From the NCBI GenBank assembly GCA_963794325.1, contig CAWCDG010000004.1:1447302-1511301 (forward strand): a stretch of DNA of 64,000 bases, given 5' to 3'. Every line of letters starts with the position of its first letter. Within the stretch, counting starts at the first letter, position 1. This stretch comes from an uncultured delta proteobacterium (lineage in GTDB: Bacteria; Desulfobacterota; Binatia; Binatales; Binataceae). The notes under the pieces are model-generated. The model ran no database searches, was not told the DNA's origin, and saw only the letters and a list, made by a program, of their open reading frames with translations. Shown piece by piece: positions 46,799 to 56,479 of the stretch. The position numbers and the translations under genes were made by a program.

Positions 46799-46897
46799 GA
46801 GTCGTTCCTGACACTGAGGCGTGACGGATCAGGGCACGACGTGCCGTTATCGGGCACGAATCAGGGGGCGGCGCGAATTGGCGCGCGAGAGAGGAAT

Positions 46898-48799
46898 CTA
46901 CAACTGCCAGGAGACTGGATGCGTGGGGTCGGGATCGTAGGCGCAAAAGTTACCGGTCTTGATGGAAGCGGCGAGATAGCGGCCCAGCGAAGCGTCGCCG
47001 GTGCGGATCCTGATGATCGCTGCCTTGATCGCCTTAGTCACCATCAGCCGCGCCCGCTCGCTGTGAGAAGCGGCCTTCCGGACTCGTCCGCCCAACCCTA
47101 CCGCGGCGCCAATCTGATCGCGAAGCGCCTCCAGCTCGGAGCGGAGGTGCGATGCCCGCGATGCGTCGTTGAGCTCCGCAGCTTCCGCCAGTTCCGCGCG
47201 CAGCTCGCCGATGCGGGCGCGGTATTGCCCGCAGGCCTTGGCATCGAGCAACGCGCCGGCGTCGCCGAGGTTTGCGGCGGTGCCGACCCCATCTATCGAT
47301 GCGCGTCGTTTACCGTTTGGTGTCGCAGCGGCGGCAAGTTCGTAGGCCAGAACCTGACGGCCGGGATTCGCCAACAGGTAGGCGATGTAGTGAAAGCCCT
47401 TAGCGTGCTTGAGGCGGATCACCTTGCCTCGCGATGAAACCGTCCAATATTCGCCTTCTCGCCGGAATACCGCTCGGGTCGAGGCGGTAACTTGCTGAGA
47501 TCCGTTCCTTGCTCCCCCTGCACTATTGCCGCCGTTGGCGCGGACGAGGTCGCCTTCCACACCGTCAATCCAACTCTGGTCCGCACCGTGTCCGCGATAG
47601 ATCTCGATTGCCTTGTCGAGCTTTTCGATCGCCGCCCGACGATTGGCGCCTGCCAGCAGCGCGTGGCCCCAACTCTGGAATGTCCGCGCCTCCTGCCACA
47701 CCATCCCATGGCGTCGAAAGGTTTCGGCTGCCTTAACGAATTGTGCTTCGGACTCGCTCCACGATCCTCGTGACGCAGCGACCACTGCTTCAGCCCGCGC
47801 GACCAGCCCGGCCAGCCCTTCCTCGCCGGAAGCGAGAATCTCGCGGCATCTTTCGAGTTCCGCGATAGCGTCGTCCGCACTTGCCGATTCGTCGCCGGCC
47901 ATATCGCCGGAGACGGCGTCGGCCAGAGTTTGTTCGGGCCGTGGGCTATGAGGCTCCCCGGTTATGAATTCCTCGGTCTGGTCGAGAAGGAAGTCCAGCA
48001 GGTCCCGATCCAGAGCTTGAAGCGCGTGGTCGTCGCCAGGCAGCTCGACATATTTGGCTCCCGGGATATTACTGGCCAGGTACCGTCCGTTTTCGACCCG
48101 AACAGTCGCATCGCCCACGCGATGCAAGATAAGGGTCGGGACCCGTATCGACGGCAGAAGATCGCCGACGTCTATCTCATAGTTCGCCCGCATCAAGGCG
48201 AGGATCGCGCTCGGACTGGCAACGGCTCGCTCGAGCCGGCCCATCATCTGGAGATACGCTCTATCTTGCGCGCGGCTCGGCGCATTGACGCCGACCAGGA
48301 TGCCTTCACCCCAATGGTCTTCGAGCATCTTAAGGAATTTTTCATAGTCCTCGCGACTGATGGGCTTCGGGGGCGACTTTATCGACGCATAGGTACCGTA
48401 CAGGACAAGGCTCGAGACGCGCTCGGGATACATAGCGGCGAACTTGAGACACATCTGGCCGCCTTCCGACCAGCCATAAACCGTCGCGCGCTTCGACCCG
48501 ACCGCATCCATCACCGCCTGCATGTCGCTGACGCGCTCTTCCAGTGTCTGGCTGGCGTCCCGATCCGAGAGTCCCTGGCCACGCTTGTCGAAGATGATTA
48601 CCCGCGCGAAGGAGGCCAGTCGTCTCAGCATGTACCCGTAAGCAGGCATCTCCCAGAAGAGCTCGACGTGCGAGACGGTGCCCGGCACAAGTATGATGTC
48701 GCGCGGGCCGTCGCCGAAGACGCGGTACGCGAGGTGAACGTCGCCGTTTTTGGCGTACCTGGTTTCAGCTTCCATGAGAACCGAGCCTCCGCCAGGCAT
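46898..48799 (-). CDS. Alpha/beta hydrolase domain fused to a helical-repeat region and a conserved C-terminal domain of unknown (possibly regulatory) function
   Basis: N-terminus: YAKNGDVHLAYRVFGDGPRDIILVPG...IIFDKRGQGLSD...YGWSEGGQM (GxSxG). C-terminus: FRREGEYWTVSSRGKVIRLKHAKGFHYIAYLLANPGRQVLAYEL...SERARLMVTKAIKAAI. Confidence 0.6.
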   Translation of the reverse strand: MPGGGSVLMEAETRYAKNGDVHLAYRVFGDGPRDIILVPGTVSHVELFWEMPAYGYMLRRLASFARVIIFDKRGQGLSDRDASQTLEERVSDMQAVMDAVGSKRATVYGWSEGGQMCLKFAAMYPERVSSLVLYGTYASIKSPPKPISREDYEKFLKMLEDHWGEGILVGVNAPSRAQDRAYLQMMGRLERAVASPSAILALMRANYEIDVGDLLPSIRVPTLILHRVGDATVRVENGRYLASNIPGAKYVELPGDDHALQALDRDLLDFLLDQTEEFITGEPHSPRPEQTLADAVSGDMAGDESASADDAIAELERCREILASGEEGLAGLVARAEAVVAASRGSWSESEAQFVKAAETFRRHGMVWQEARTFQSWGHALLAGANRRAAIEKLDKAIEIYRGHGADQSWIDGVEGDLVRANGGNSAGGARNGSQQVTASTRAVFRREGEYWTVSSRGKVIRLKHAKGFHYIAYLLANPGRQVLAYELAAAATPNGKRRASIDGVGTAANLGDAGALLDAKACGQYRARIGELRAELAEAAELNDASRASHLRSELEALRDQIGAAVGLGGRVRKAASHSERARLMVTKAIKAAIIRIRTGDASLGRYLAASIKTGNFCAYDPDPTHPVSWQL

Positions 48800-48900
48800 C
48801 AGCCAATCCGGCTATGCTGTTTTCGAAACCTCATCGCGCGGGATTATATCAAGGCGCATCCTAGTAACAACTTGCGCGACAGGACCGGCACAGCGCCTCG

Positions 48901-50430
48901 TCAGAGCGTACCGAGAAAAGCTACCAGGTCCGATTTCTCCTGATCTGTGAAGCCGATTCCGAAGCGCTGATCATAGAAATTCACGACGTCGCCCAGCGTA
49001 ACGGCTGAACCGTTGTGGAAGTACGGCGCGCGCGACGCCAATGCGTGCAGGATCGGTCCCTTTACTTTCCCAACATCCGTGCAGACTCCACTGATAAGAG
49101 CCTTGCCGAGATCGGTCACCTCGAATTTCTGCCCGATGAGCGGACCCGCGGTGCATTTCACCTCGAACATGGGCAATCCGGAAACGTCGAGCGCCGGCGG
49201 GGACGCGTCCGCAATTCCGATATTGATAGCCAGCTTCTTCGAATGGTTCCCGACGTTGGGCGAGTCGTGGCAGGTGCCGCAGGTCCCGACGATCGTGTTC
49301 GCGCCCAGCGGATCACTCGCGAACAAGTTGAGGCCGTTTACCCCGCTAATCGTGATGGGCTTGCTGTTGAACACGATCTCGCCGCGTGCGACAGCCGCAC
49401 GGGGGTCATTGAGGCCTGCCGCCGGGGCGTTCTCCCATGGAAGGTAGAGGGTGAAAATTTCCGAGGTGAATCCCGGCGACAGCGCGTCGTTGATCCCGAT
49501 ATAAAATTCCTGCTGCGACAGCGCCGCCGGCCCGCCAGTAGCCTGACGTGCATGCAGGTTGCCCGCCTCGTTGTCGAACTCCTGCGCGTCGAAGATAGCG
49601 CTTTCAAAGTTCACGATCTGTGCGATCTCGGGGCCGGTCGGAGGGTTGACCGCCTGCGCGTGGCCGAGCGTCGCGTCGATCGACTGGCTCTCCAGCGACG
49701 GCTCTCTGCCGTCCCACATGATCGATAGCGGCGCGCAGGTGGTCTGATTCGGCGGGCATTCGGTCAAGAAGCGCAGGTTGGCCGACGGCAGCGGACGCCG
49801 ATAGACGGAGATCACCGGCGAGCTGGAAAGCAAATCTGTGCACCCGTAAGGATCGCTAATCACAGAGACTTCATAGTCTCTGGGCACTGCTGGATTGGAC
49901 CCCAGCTGAGTCGCAGGCAATGGCAGGAAGATCCGGATCAGACCCTTGGCAAGCAACAGCTTGTAGGCCTCGCGCTTCGCTGCGAGCGTGCTGACGTCGT
50001 CGCTCGGACAGGTCGCGCCGTCGACCAGTCGGAAGATCGGATCGGTGCCATTGCTCTGGTCGAAGCGATCCTGAATCGAAGCCGTGCTGACTCCCCATCC
50101 GCTGCGCGGCTCGTGGCAAGTCGCGCACGCGCGACCGTTGGTGCCCAAACTCTGAAAGAAAGGATTGGTGGCAGTGTGGGTAGGAGCAGCGAGATTGTAA
50201 GTCTCGACGACGCCGTCTGGATCCGGGTTTTGGAGAATATGCTCTATCACCGGCGGAAAGACTCCGGTGGAGGAGCTCGCGGGCCCGGTATCGTGAACCT
50301 TTAGTGCCAGACCGTGAACCACGGCGGCCCAATGCGGAATCGCTTGATGGTCAGATTGGGTGGCCGCGTTCCCCGACACGGCCAGGAAGAGAATCATCGC
50401 GATACAGCCAACGGTTCGGTTCAGACGCAT
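48901..50430 (-). CDS. Di-haem cytochrome c peroxidase (CCP/MauG family)
   Basis: Signal peptide. Two haem-binding motifs, CATCHEPRSGW and CGTCHDSPNVGNH. C-terminal APYFHNGS motif typical of CCPs. Confidence 0.8.
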   Translation of the reverse strand: MRLNRTVGCIAMILFLAVSGNAATQSDHQAIPHWAAVVHGLALKVHDTGPASSSTGVFPPVIEHILQNPDPDGVVETYNLAAPTHTATNPFFQSLGTNGRACATCHEPRSGWGVSTASIQDRFDQSNGTDPIFRLVDGATCPSDDVSTLAAKREAYKLLLAKGLIRIFLPLPATQLGSNPAVPRDYEVSVISDPYGCTDLLSSSPVISVYRRPLPSANLRFLTECPPNQTTCAPLSIMWDGREPSLESQSIDATLGHAQAVNPPTGPEIAQIVNFESAIFDAQEFDNEAGNLHARQATGGPAALSQQEFYIGINDALSPGFTSEIFTLYLPWENAPAAGLNDPRAAVARGEIVFNSKPITISGVNGLNLFASDPLGANTIVGTCGTCHDSPNVGNHSKKLAINIGIADASPPALDVSGLPMFEVKCTAGPLIGQKFEVTDLGKALISGVCTDVGKVKGPILHALASRAPYFHNGSAVTLGDVVNFYDQRFGIGFTDQEKSDLVAFLGTL

Positions 50431-50594
50431 ACGCCAAACCTCCCTAATAATGGCCTAATCATTCAGAATGGAACTTGCTGTAGCAGAATGCGTCTCATAG
50501 GGCTACACGTGCATGGAGTCCGATCGCGGGCTGGCGATCGCGTGCAATAAGTGGAATTCTGAGAAGGTCGAGAAACTATTCGGGGGGCAATCCT

Positions 50595-50849
50595 ATGACG
50601 GAGAGAAAATTGTTCGGGGTGGTTGTTCGGGCGTTCGGCCTTTGGTCCATCGTTCTCGGTGTCTCTGCGATCCATGGAGTCATACAGATCTTCGGCGTTC
50701 GAACCGTAAGTAACTATGATTGGCAACCCGCAGTAGCTTTTGCGGCCTTCTATATGGTTGCGGGTATTGGGCTATTGCGTAAATCAGAACCGATCGTGGA
50801 ATTCGCGTACGCTTCGCGCGACTCAAAATCGACCGACAACTCAATTTAG
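50595..50849 (+). CDS. Small two-TM membrane protein (hypothetical)
   Basis: 84 aa with two hydrophobic helices (FGVVVRAFGLWSIVLGVSAI; AVAFAAFYMVAGIGLL). No homology recognised. Confidence 0.35.
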   Translation: MTERKLFGVVVRAFGLWSIVLGVSAIHGVIQIFGVRTVSNYDWQPAVAFAAFYMVAGIGLLRKSEPIVEFAYASRDSKSTDNSI

Positions 50850-50917
50850 CGCGCTGCCTATAAGAATTGCGGGTTTCAACCGCGTGCTATAAGAAGAGCT
50901 ATGCCGAGGATCTATAA

Positions 50918-51808
50918 GTGACGACTCTCGCCGATAAAATCGCGCCGTATGCGGCTCAGTTCCGGCGTGACGGGTTCGTCATGGTGCCCGATTTGCTCAG
51001 TCTGGACGAACTCGAGCGGTACGGCGCGGCGGTCGATGAAGCGGTGGCGCGGCGCAAGCGCTTCGACAATCGCAAGCTCGGCGAGAAGACGCCATACGAG
51101 CAGTCGTTCATCCAGTGCATCAACCTGTGGGAGGACGCGCCCGCGGTTCGACCGCTCACGTTTCATCCGATTGTATGCGAGGCGGCGGCGCGCCTGATCG
51201 GCGTCGAGCGGCTGCGGCTATGGCACGATCAGGCGCTGTACAAGGAAGCTGGCGGGCGGCTGACCGATCCGCATCAGGATCAACCGTACTGGCCGATGGT
51301 CGAGACCGACACGATCACGGCGTGGATTCCGTTCGACGGATCGTCGCACACCACCGGATGCATGGGCTATGTGCCGGGATCGCACGCGGTAGGCCTGCGG
51401 GAGTTCGTGAACATCTTCAAGCCCGAGGACGCGCTCGAAATTCTGAAGATGCCGCAGATCAAGGACACGCCACCGGTGTGGGTCGAGGTGCCGCGCGGCG
51501 GAGTCGCGTTCCATCACGGCCTGACGGTGCATATGGCGAAGCCGAATCTCGGATCGCGGACGCGTCGCGTGCATACGATGATTTTTTTTCGCGACGGATC
51601 GACCCGCAAGAATAATTTCCCGCATGATTCCGTCGAGCGCTATCACGTCGAGATCGGCGCGCCGATCGACAGCCCGGTGACTCCGATTGCGTGGCCGCGC
51701 GCGGCAGGAGACCTGCCCGAACCGCCTGACGCGCCAATCTCGGCGATATTCGCAAAGGCGGTCGAGCTCGGTTCGTTTCCCGACAAAACCGGCCGCGCCG
51801 ACCGCTAG
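50918..51808 (+). CDS. Phytanoyl-CoA dioxygenase (PhyH) family Fe(II)/2-oxoglutarate oxygenase
   Basis: GTG start preceded by GAGGA. FRRDGFVMVPDLLSLDELE, HQDQPYWP (the HxD facial triad) and a distal His in GVAFHHGLTVH. Confidence 0.7.
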   Translation: MTTLADKIAPYAAQFRRDGFVMVPDLLSLDELERYGAAVDEAVARRKRFDNRKLGEKTPYEQSFIQCINLWEDAPAVRPLTFHPIVCEAAARLIGVERLRLWHDQALYKEAGGRLTDPHQDQPYWPMVETDTITAWIPFDGSSHTTGCMGYVPGSHAVGLREFVNIFKPEDALEILKMPQIKDTPPVWVEVPRGGVAFHHGLTVHMAKPNLGSRTRRVHTMIFFRDGSTRKNNFPHDSVERYHVEIGAPIDSPVTPIAWPRAAGDLPEPPDAPISAIFAKAVELGSFPDKTGRADR

Positions 51809-51840
51809 CTATCAGCAGTCGCACGCGGCCAGCAAGGCGC

Positions 51841-53061
51841 CTACATCAATCCGGGCGGCAAGCCGTAAGGTCCCATGCCTCCGCCGCCACCGCTGTGAGA
51901 TTTCTTGGTGGTGACGTCGAACTTGCCGAAGATTCCCTCGCTCTCCATGTGCGGGCCCGCGGTGAAATACAGCGAAGTAATTGCCGCATTGTTCGAGCCG
52001 TTGCCGAAGACCAGCGCCCACAGTCCGTCCACATTCAACGGCTTGCCTTTGTTGTTTTTGGGCTGGCCGACCTGAGTGCCTACGCCGGTGGCTGCATTGA
52101 TGGTATACGCGTTGATGTTTCCGTCGCCGAAGTTTCCGATCCAGAAGTCGCCGCCCAGCGGACCGAAGGTCGACGGCGTCAGCACCATCCCCCACGGCGC
52201 GTTGAGGTTGCCGCCGGTCGCGAAACGAGCCTCGAATACGCCGTCGGTGCTGAAGATATCGATATAACCGGCGCCCACCTGATGCACCGGGTCGTGTTTG
52301 GCAGCGTCCTGCAGCGCGTAGCTGACCCACAAATTGCTGGTGCCGAACAGTGTGATTCCGAAGGGCGCATAGCCGGCCAGCGGGTTCGGGTCGGTGAAGG
52401 ACCCGCTTAGCGAGGTTACCGGGTTGTAGGAGCTATCGAAGACGTCGACGTTACCCGATCGGAAATTGGTCGCGTAAAGAAACTGACGTCCGTTCAGCGT
52501 GGCGACGGCGAGGCCTTTGTAAACCGCGCCGTTGCCGGAAGAGGGCACCGAAGAGTTATCCACGTGGAGCACGGCTCCGGTGCCATCGGACTGTTGCCAT
52601 CCTGAAATCGTGCCATCCTCGGTGGCAAATATAAAAAGGTCGCCGCCAAAATCTCCCGAGACACCGTTGAATACGATCCCATCCGGCGTTGCTTGCGCGT
52701 TGCTGCCGTTAGGCGGTGGAATCGTCACGACGAAAGGCACCTTCTTGTTGCCGACCTGGACCGTAAAAGGCTTTCCGTTGCCGTCGTAGAGAGTAGATAC
52801 TCCCGCGTTGTTGTCCGAAATCCAGAACGGCGTCGGACCCTGCACCAAGCCCCAGGCATTGAGCAGATTCTTGTCGCGGATCTTGCCCTTCAAAGGCTTC
52901 CCCGACGTGACGAGGTTGCTTTGCGAGTAAGATGCCGTCTTGGTCTTGGTGTTGTTGTCCGGCGTCGACGGCATCTGGGCGAATGCGCTCGCGGTCGCGG
53001 CGAGCATGATAACGCACGCGCTCAACGCTGTTAGTGATTTGCGGTTCATCGTTTCCTCCAT
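51841..53061 (-). CDS. TIGR03118-like secreted beta-propeller protein
   Basis: Signal peptide. NLLNAWGLVQGPTPFWISDNNAGVSTLYDGNG matches my recollection of the TIGR03118 N-terminal signature. Gly-rich C-terminal tail. Confidence 0.55.
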   Translation of the reverse strand: MEETMNRKSLTALSACVIMLAATASAFAQMPSTPDNNTKTKTASYSQSNLVTSGKPLKGKIRDKNLLNAWGLVQGPTPFWISDNNAGVSTLYDGNGKPFTVQVGNKKVPFVVTIPPPNGSNAQATPDGIVFNGVSGDFGGDLFIFATEDGTISGWQQSDGTGAVLHVDNSSVPSSGNGAVYKGLAVATLNGRQFLYATNFRSGNVDVFDSSYNPVTSLSGSFTDPNPLAGYAPFGITLFGTSNLWVSYALQDAAKHDPVHQVGAGYIDIFSTDGVFEARFATGGNLNAPWGMVLTPSTFGPLGGDFWIGNFGDGNINAYTINAATGVGTQVGQPKNNKGKPLNVDGLWALVFGNGSNNAAITSLYFTAGPHMESEGIFGKFDVTTKKSHSGGGGGMGPYGLPPGLM

Positions 53062-53288
53062 ATGAAAAGCCAGCGAGACAAATTGTCTGGCTTACGGGTC
53101 TAAACCGGCGATGAACTCCGATGGTTCCCGCACGCGCGCGGGAAATTGGGCAGGGCTTGAAAAATTCTTTATTGACTCTCGCGAGCCACTAACCGAACGT
53201 CACTCGTCGGCGGGAGGGACCTGTCTTCCCGCGTGACAACGGAGCGCGTCTTAAACACTGCGCCGCCGTCGCCACGGCTGCTGACTGG

Positions 53289-53720
53289 CTATTTACAGTT
53301 CACGCTCTTGATTACGTTGGCGCCGCCGAGGAAACGCTCGTTGTGATTGAGCACGACGTCGCATCGGCTGACGCTCTCTGGCAATCGCCGTGAGATCTGC
53401 GCAGTTGTGTTCGCATAGTTGCACTGAATCCAGTAGCCGCGATCGCTCTTCTGCAATTGCCAGACCTGGATAATATTGTCGCCGCTGGTCTTCTCGCTGT
53501 CGGGCACCAGCGACGCCTGCTGCGCCGGCGGTCCGTCGAAAATAGTGACGCCCGCAACCGCTGTCTCGTAGCCGGAGTATGAAACCGCCCAATCGGGCGC
53601 GGGTGCGGACGCTCTCTGTTCGACTGCCACAGTTGCCGGGCAAGCGGACTCGGCCTGCGCGAAATACGCGGGCGCAATCGCGCACGCGAACACGATCAAA
53701 ATAAATGTCTGTCGCTTCAT
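53289..53720 (-). CDS. Secreted hypothetical protein (143 aa)
   Basis: Start at ATG 53720, preceded by GAGGAGGAA. Signal peptide MKRQTFILIVFACAIAPAYFAQA. Four Cys residues. Confidence 0.5.
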   Translation of the reverse strand: MKRQTFILIVFACAIAPAYFAQAESACPATVAVEQRASAPAPDWAVSYSGYETAVAGVTIFDGPPAQQASLVPDSEKTSGDNIIQVWQLQKSDRGYWIQCNYANTTAQISRRLPESVSRCDVVLNHNERFLGGANVIKSVNCK

Positions 53721-53763
53721 CTCGTTCCTCCTCACAACCGGTGCGAGTCTAGAATGCTTCGCG

Positions 53764-53816
53764 GGGAAAAACGAGCGCGGGGCGGAGTCGCGATTCATTT
53801 CGCGCTTCCGCCCCGC
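53764..53816 (-). terminator. Rho-independent terminator (minus strand)
   Basis: CGCGGGGCGGA-(20 nt with an inner GCGA..TCGC stem)-TCCGCCCCGCG, followed on the minus strand by TCGTTTTTCCCC. Confidence 0.65.
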
Positions 53817-54208
53817 GTATCGGCGATATGCTTCGGCGGCGTTGCTGCCGCGGGCGTGGGTCGATCGGGTTACCGCTCGACGCTCGGTCTTTTGGAATAT
53901 GGTCTCGCGGGCCGCGCGATTATCACAACCGCGATAGCCAGTCCTGCCAACAATGATAAAACTTCCATCTTACTAACTCACTTGCGCGTGCGGACCCTTT
54001 CGATCGATTTCCAACAGCGCGCGATTTTAAGGTCGATTGTCCTTTTTCACCGGCTCATCGAACCGCACTTGCCAGCCGCCGTGCGTTCGTGCCGCGACGC
54101 GCGCATCTGTCTGTGAAGTGACTGAGGAACGCTGCGGGAAGCCGATACGAAGTCGATGTGAATCGTTTCGAACCGGTTTCTTCCCGTGCGTGGTATGCGA
54201 CGCGTTGC

Positions 54209-54382
54209 TTACAGGCTCACGAACGAGAGAACGATGTACGCCAGGGTCAGGAATGCGAACGCGACACCGGGCAATTCGCTGAGCAAACTGTTCTGCGCGA
54301 TACGGTCCGCGGCGACAGTCTCGGTCTGCTCCTTCACCTGCTGAAAGCCTGCGAGGGTTTGATTAATCGTGGTAGCAGCCAT
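54209..54382 (-). CDS. Small tail-anchored membrane protein (57 aa)
   Basis: Internal ATG 54382, preceded by GGGAGGTAACGAAA. MAATTINQTLAGFQQVKEQTETVAADRIAQNSLLSELPGVAFAFLTLAYIVLSFVSL. The longer 125-aa ORF start lacks support. Confidence 0.45.
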   Translation of the reverse strand: MAATTINQTLAGFQQVKEQTETVAADRIAQNSLLSELPGVAFAFLTLAYIVLSFVSL

Positions 54383-54619
54383 TTTCGTTACCTCCCGTTC
54401 CAGATCGTTGACAGGGGTAGAGCAAGGCCGATGCCAATGACCGAATGCTTTGTTTTGTTCAACTATTTTCGATAGGCGCAGTCTGCTCGTTTGCGTTTCG
54501 CAAAAGATCGGCCTTTTGTCGCGAAAACTCCGCGATTTGCGCAGAGTCACTCGAAGCAGCCGAGCGACTGCATGCAGCAGATTCATGCCGTCGCGCTCGA
54601 GCGGATTGTTGCGCGTGCG

Positions 54620-56110
54620 TTACGGACGTCGCGGCATCTCGATGGCTCCCACGGCATACGCGACGGCCGCCGACGAGGTCAGCAAGTCGGCGCGGCTCTG
54701 GACGATCGTGTAGCGCGCGTTGGCGAGATCGCGATCGGCGGTCAGCAACTCGACGATGGTGCTGAGGCCCTGGCGGTAGGTGTCGAGGTTGGCGTCGTAG
54801 CTCTCCTGTGATGCGGCCAGCAGAGCCTTGGCATAGGTGTAGCGGCTGAGCGCGGTCTGGAACTCATAGTATGCGCGCCACACCGAGCTGATCGCGTCGA
54901 CCTCGAGCGAACGGAGCTGCGCGCTGGCAGCGTCGCGATCGGCCTCGGCCTGGCGGACGTCGTTGAGGCGTTTGAAACCGGTGAAGATGTCCCAGTTTAT
55001 CGACAGCAACGCGGCGTATTGCGGCTGGTTGTCGGTGACGGTGTGCGTGCCGTCAATCCGGTAGTTCCAGGACTGCTCGCCGTAGCTGCCCATCACGCCG
55101 ATGATGGGATAGAAAGCGTCCTTCCTTTGTTCGACTAAGGCGCGGCGCGCATCGAGAGTCGCGACCTGCGCTGCGAGATCGGGACGGCTGCGCACCGCGG
55201 TTTCGATCAATTGATCAACCTCGCTGCCCAAGCCGGCGGGAATCGGGATGCTGTCGAGGGTCGGCACGTCGAGCGCGGTGTTGGCGGCGACGCCCAACGC
55301 GACGGCCATGCTCGCCTGCGCTTCGCGCACCAGCAGGCGCGCGCTCGCGAGATCGTACTGCGACTGCGCGACGCGCTGGCGCGAGAGCAGCAACTCGGGC
55401 TGAGTTGCTAATCCGAGATCGACACGCCGGCTGACCGCCTCGTCATCGGTCTTCGCGAGTTCGACGTTCTGTTCCGCGGCCTGCACGGCGGCCTTCGCGG
55501 CGCCGATCGAATAGAACGAGCGCTGCGTCGCGAAGACGACGTCCTGCAACTTGCGATTGAACGAGAAGTTCGCGGCAGCCAACTGGTCGCGCGCGGCGGC
55601 GGCTCCGGCGCTGCGGCGGCCGAAGTCGATCAGCGTGTAAGTGAACTCTAGCGTCGGGGTTATCTGCCATTGCTTGAGCACCGCATTCTGGCCGGGCAAC
55701 TCGTACAGTTCGCGCTCGTAGCCACCTGGAACTTTCGCGTCCACGACCGGATAGAACGGCGCGCGCGAGGCTCCGTACGACGCAGCCGCGGCGCGAGCTT
55801 GCTCCCACGTCTGGCGGGTGTCGGGATTGTTGCTCAGCGCGATGTCGATCAGCGCGGACAGGTCGTACTGATTCCCGGCCGCGGTGGCGTGCGGCTCAGG
55901 CAGCGTGCTCGCCGGCCGCGCCTGCATCGGTATCGCATATTCGCTCGACTTGGGAATCCACGCGCGATCGGATTCCGCCGGCGCGAATTTGTCGGGATAC
56001 ACTTCGGGCTGCTCGGCAAAGTAGGAGCAACCGCCCGCGCACACCGCGAGGCCGAGTGTCGCTACGATAACCTGCCGTCGCGCGCGACTTATTTCGAAAT
56101 TCTTCTTCAT
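54620..56110 (-). CDS. Outer-membrane efflux lipoprotein (NodT/OprM-type OMF, MdtP-like)
   Basis: Start at ATG 56110 (MKKNFEISRARRQVIVATLGLAVCAGGCS, with a lipobox). Two OEP repeats with typical coiled-coil segments. Confidence 0.8.
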   Translation of the reverse strand: MKKNFEISRARRQVIVATLGLAVCAGGCSYFAEQPEVYPDKFAPAESDRAWIPKSSEYAIPMQARPASTLPEPHATAAGNQYDLSALIDIALSNNPDTRQTWEQARAAAASYGASRAPFYPVVDAKVPGGYERELYELPGQNAVLKQWQITPTLEFTYTLIDFGRRSAGAAAARDQLAAANFSFNRKLQDVVFATQRSFYSIGAAKAAVQAAEQNVELAKTDDEAVSRRVDLGLATQPELLLSRQRVAQSQYDLASARLLVREAQASMAVALGVAANTALDVPTLDSIPIPAGLGSEVDQLIETAVRSRPDLAAQVATLDARRALVEQRKDAFYPIIGVMGSYGEQSWNYRIDGTHTVTDNQPQYAALLSINWDIFTGFKRLNDVRQAEADRDAASAQLRSLEVDAISSVWRAYYEFQTALSRYTYAKALLAASQESYDANLDTYRQGLSTIVELLTADRDLANARYTIVQSRADLLTSSAAVAYAVGAIEMPRRP

Positions 56111-56203
56111 ATAGAATTCCCCACTGCTGCCGTTGAATCCGCTCCGCGCCATTGAATCCTGCAACGTGCTTTTGCACAATCCGGCGCGTACAATCTTCGA
56201 CGC

Positions 56204-56479
56204 ATGCAATCCAGCTCAACGCCCGGAATCAGACTCTCGCTACCACTAGCCGCCGCAGTCTCGATCGCCGGATGCGATCCCGTCGTCAATATCGCGGGCG
56301 CCAATTTCCCGAGTTGGCTGTTCTGCGCAATCTGCGGCGCGATCCTGATGATCGCGATTCGCCCGATCTTTGTGGTCACTCGCGTCGAGGCCTACCTGTG
56401 GCCGCTGCCGGTCGTGTATCTCAGCCTCGCGATCCTCATGGGATGCATCGTGTGGCTTGTCTTCTTCAATAGAATCTGA
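56204..56479 (+). CDS. ytcA: YtcA-family small lipoprotein (DUF1656-related)
   Basis: 91 aa. Lipobox SIAGC. GANFPSWLFCAICGAILMIAIRPI parallels E. coli YtcA GAYYPSWFFCAI. The stop overlaps the next ATG (TGATG). Confidence 0.65.
   Translation: MQSSSTPGIRLSLPLAAAVSIAGCDPVVNIAGANFPSWLFCAICGAILMIAIRPIFVVTRVEAYLWPLPVVYLSLAILMGCIVWLVFFNRI

Noticed and set aside
53870-53968. 32-aa hydrophobic ORF (MEVLSLLAGLAIAVVIIARPARPYSKRPSVER)
   Set aside because: It is too short and has only a weak GAG upstream. I kept it as a remark in a finding but not as a feature.
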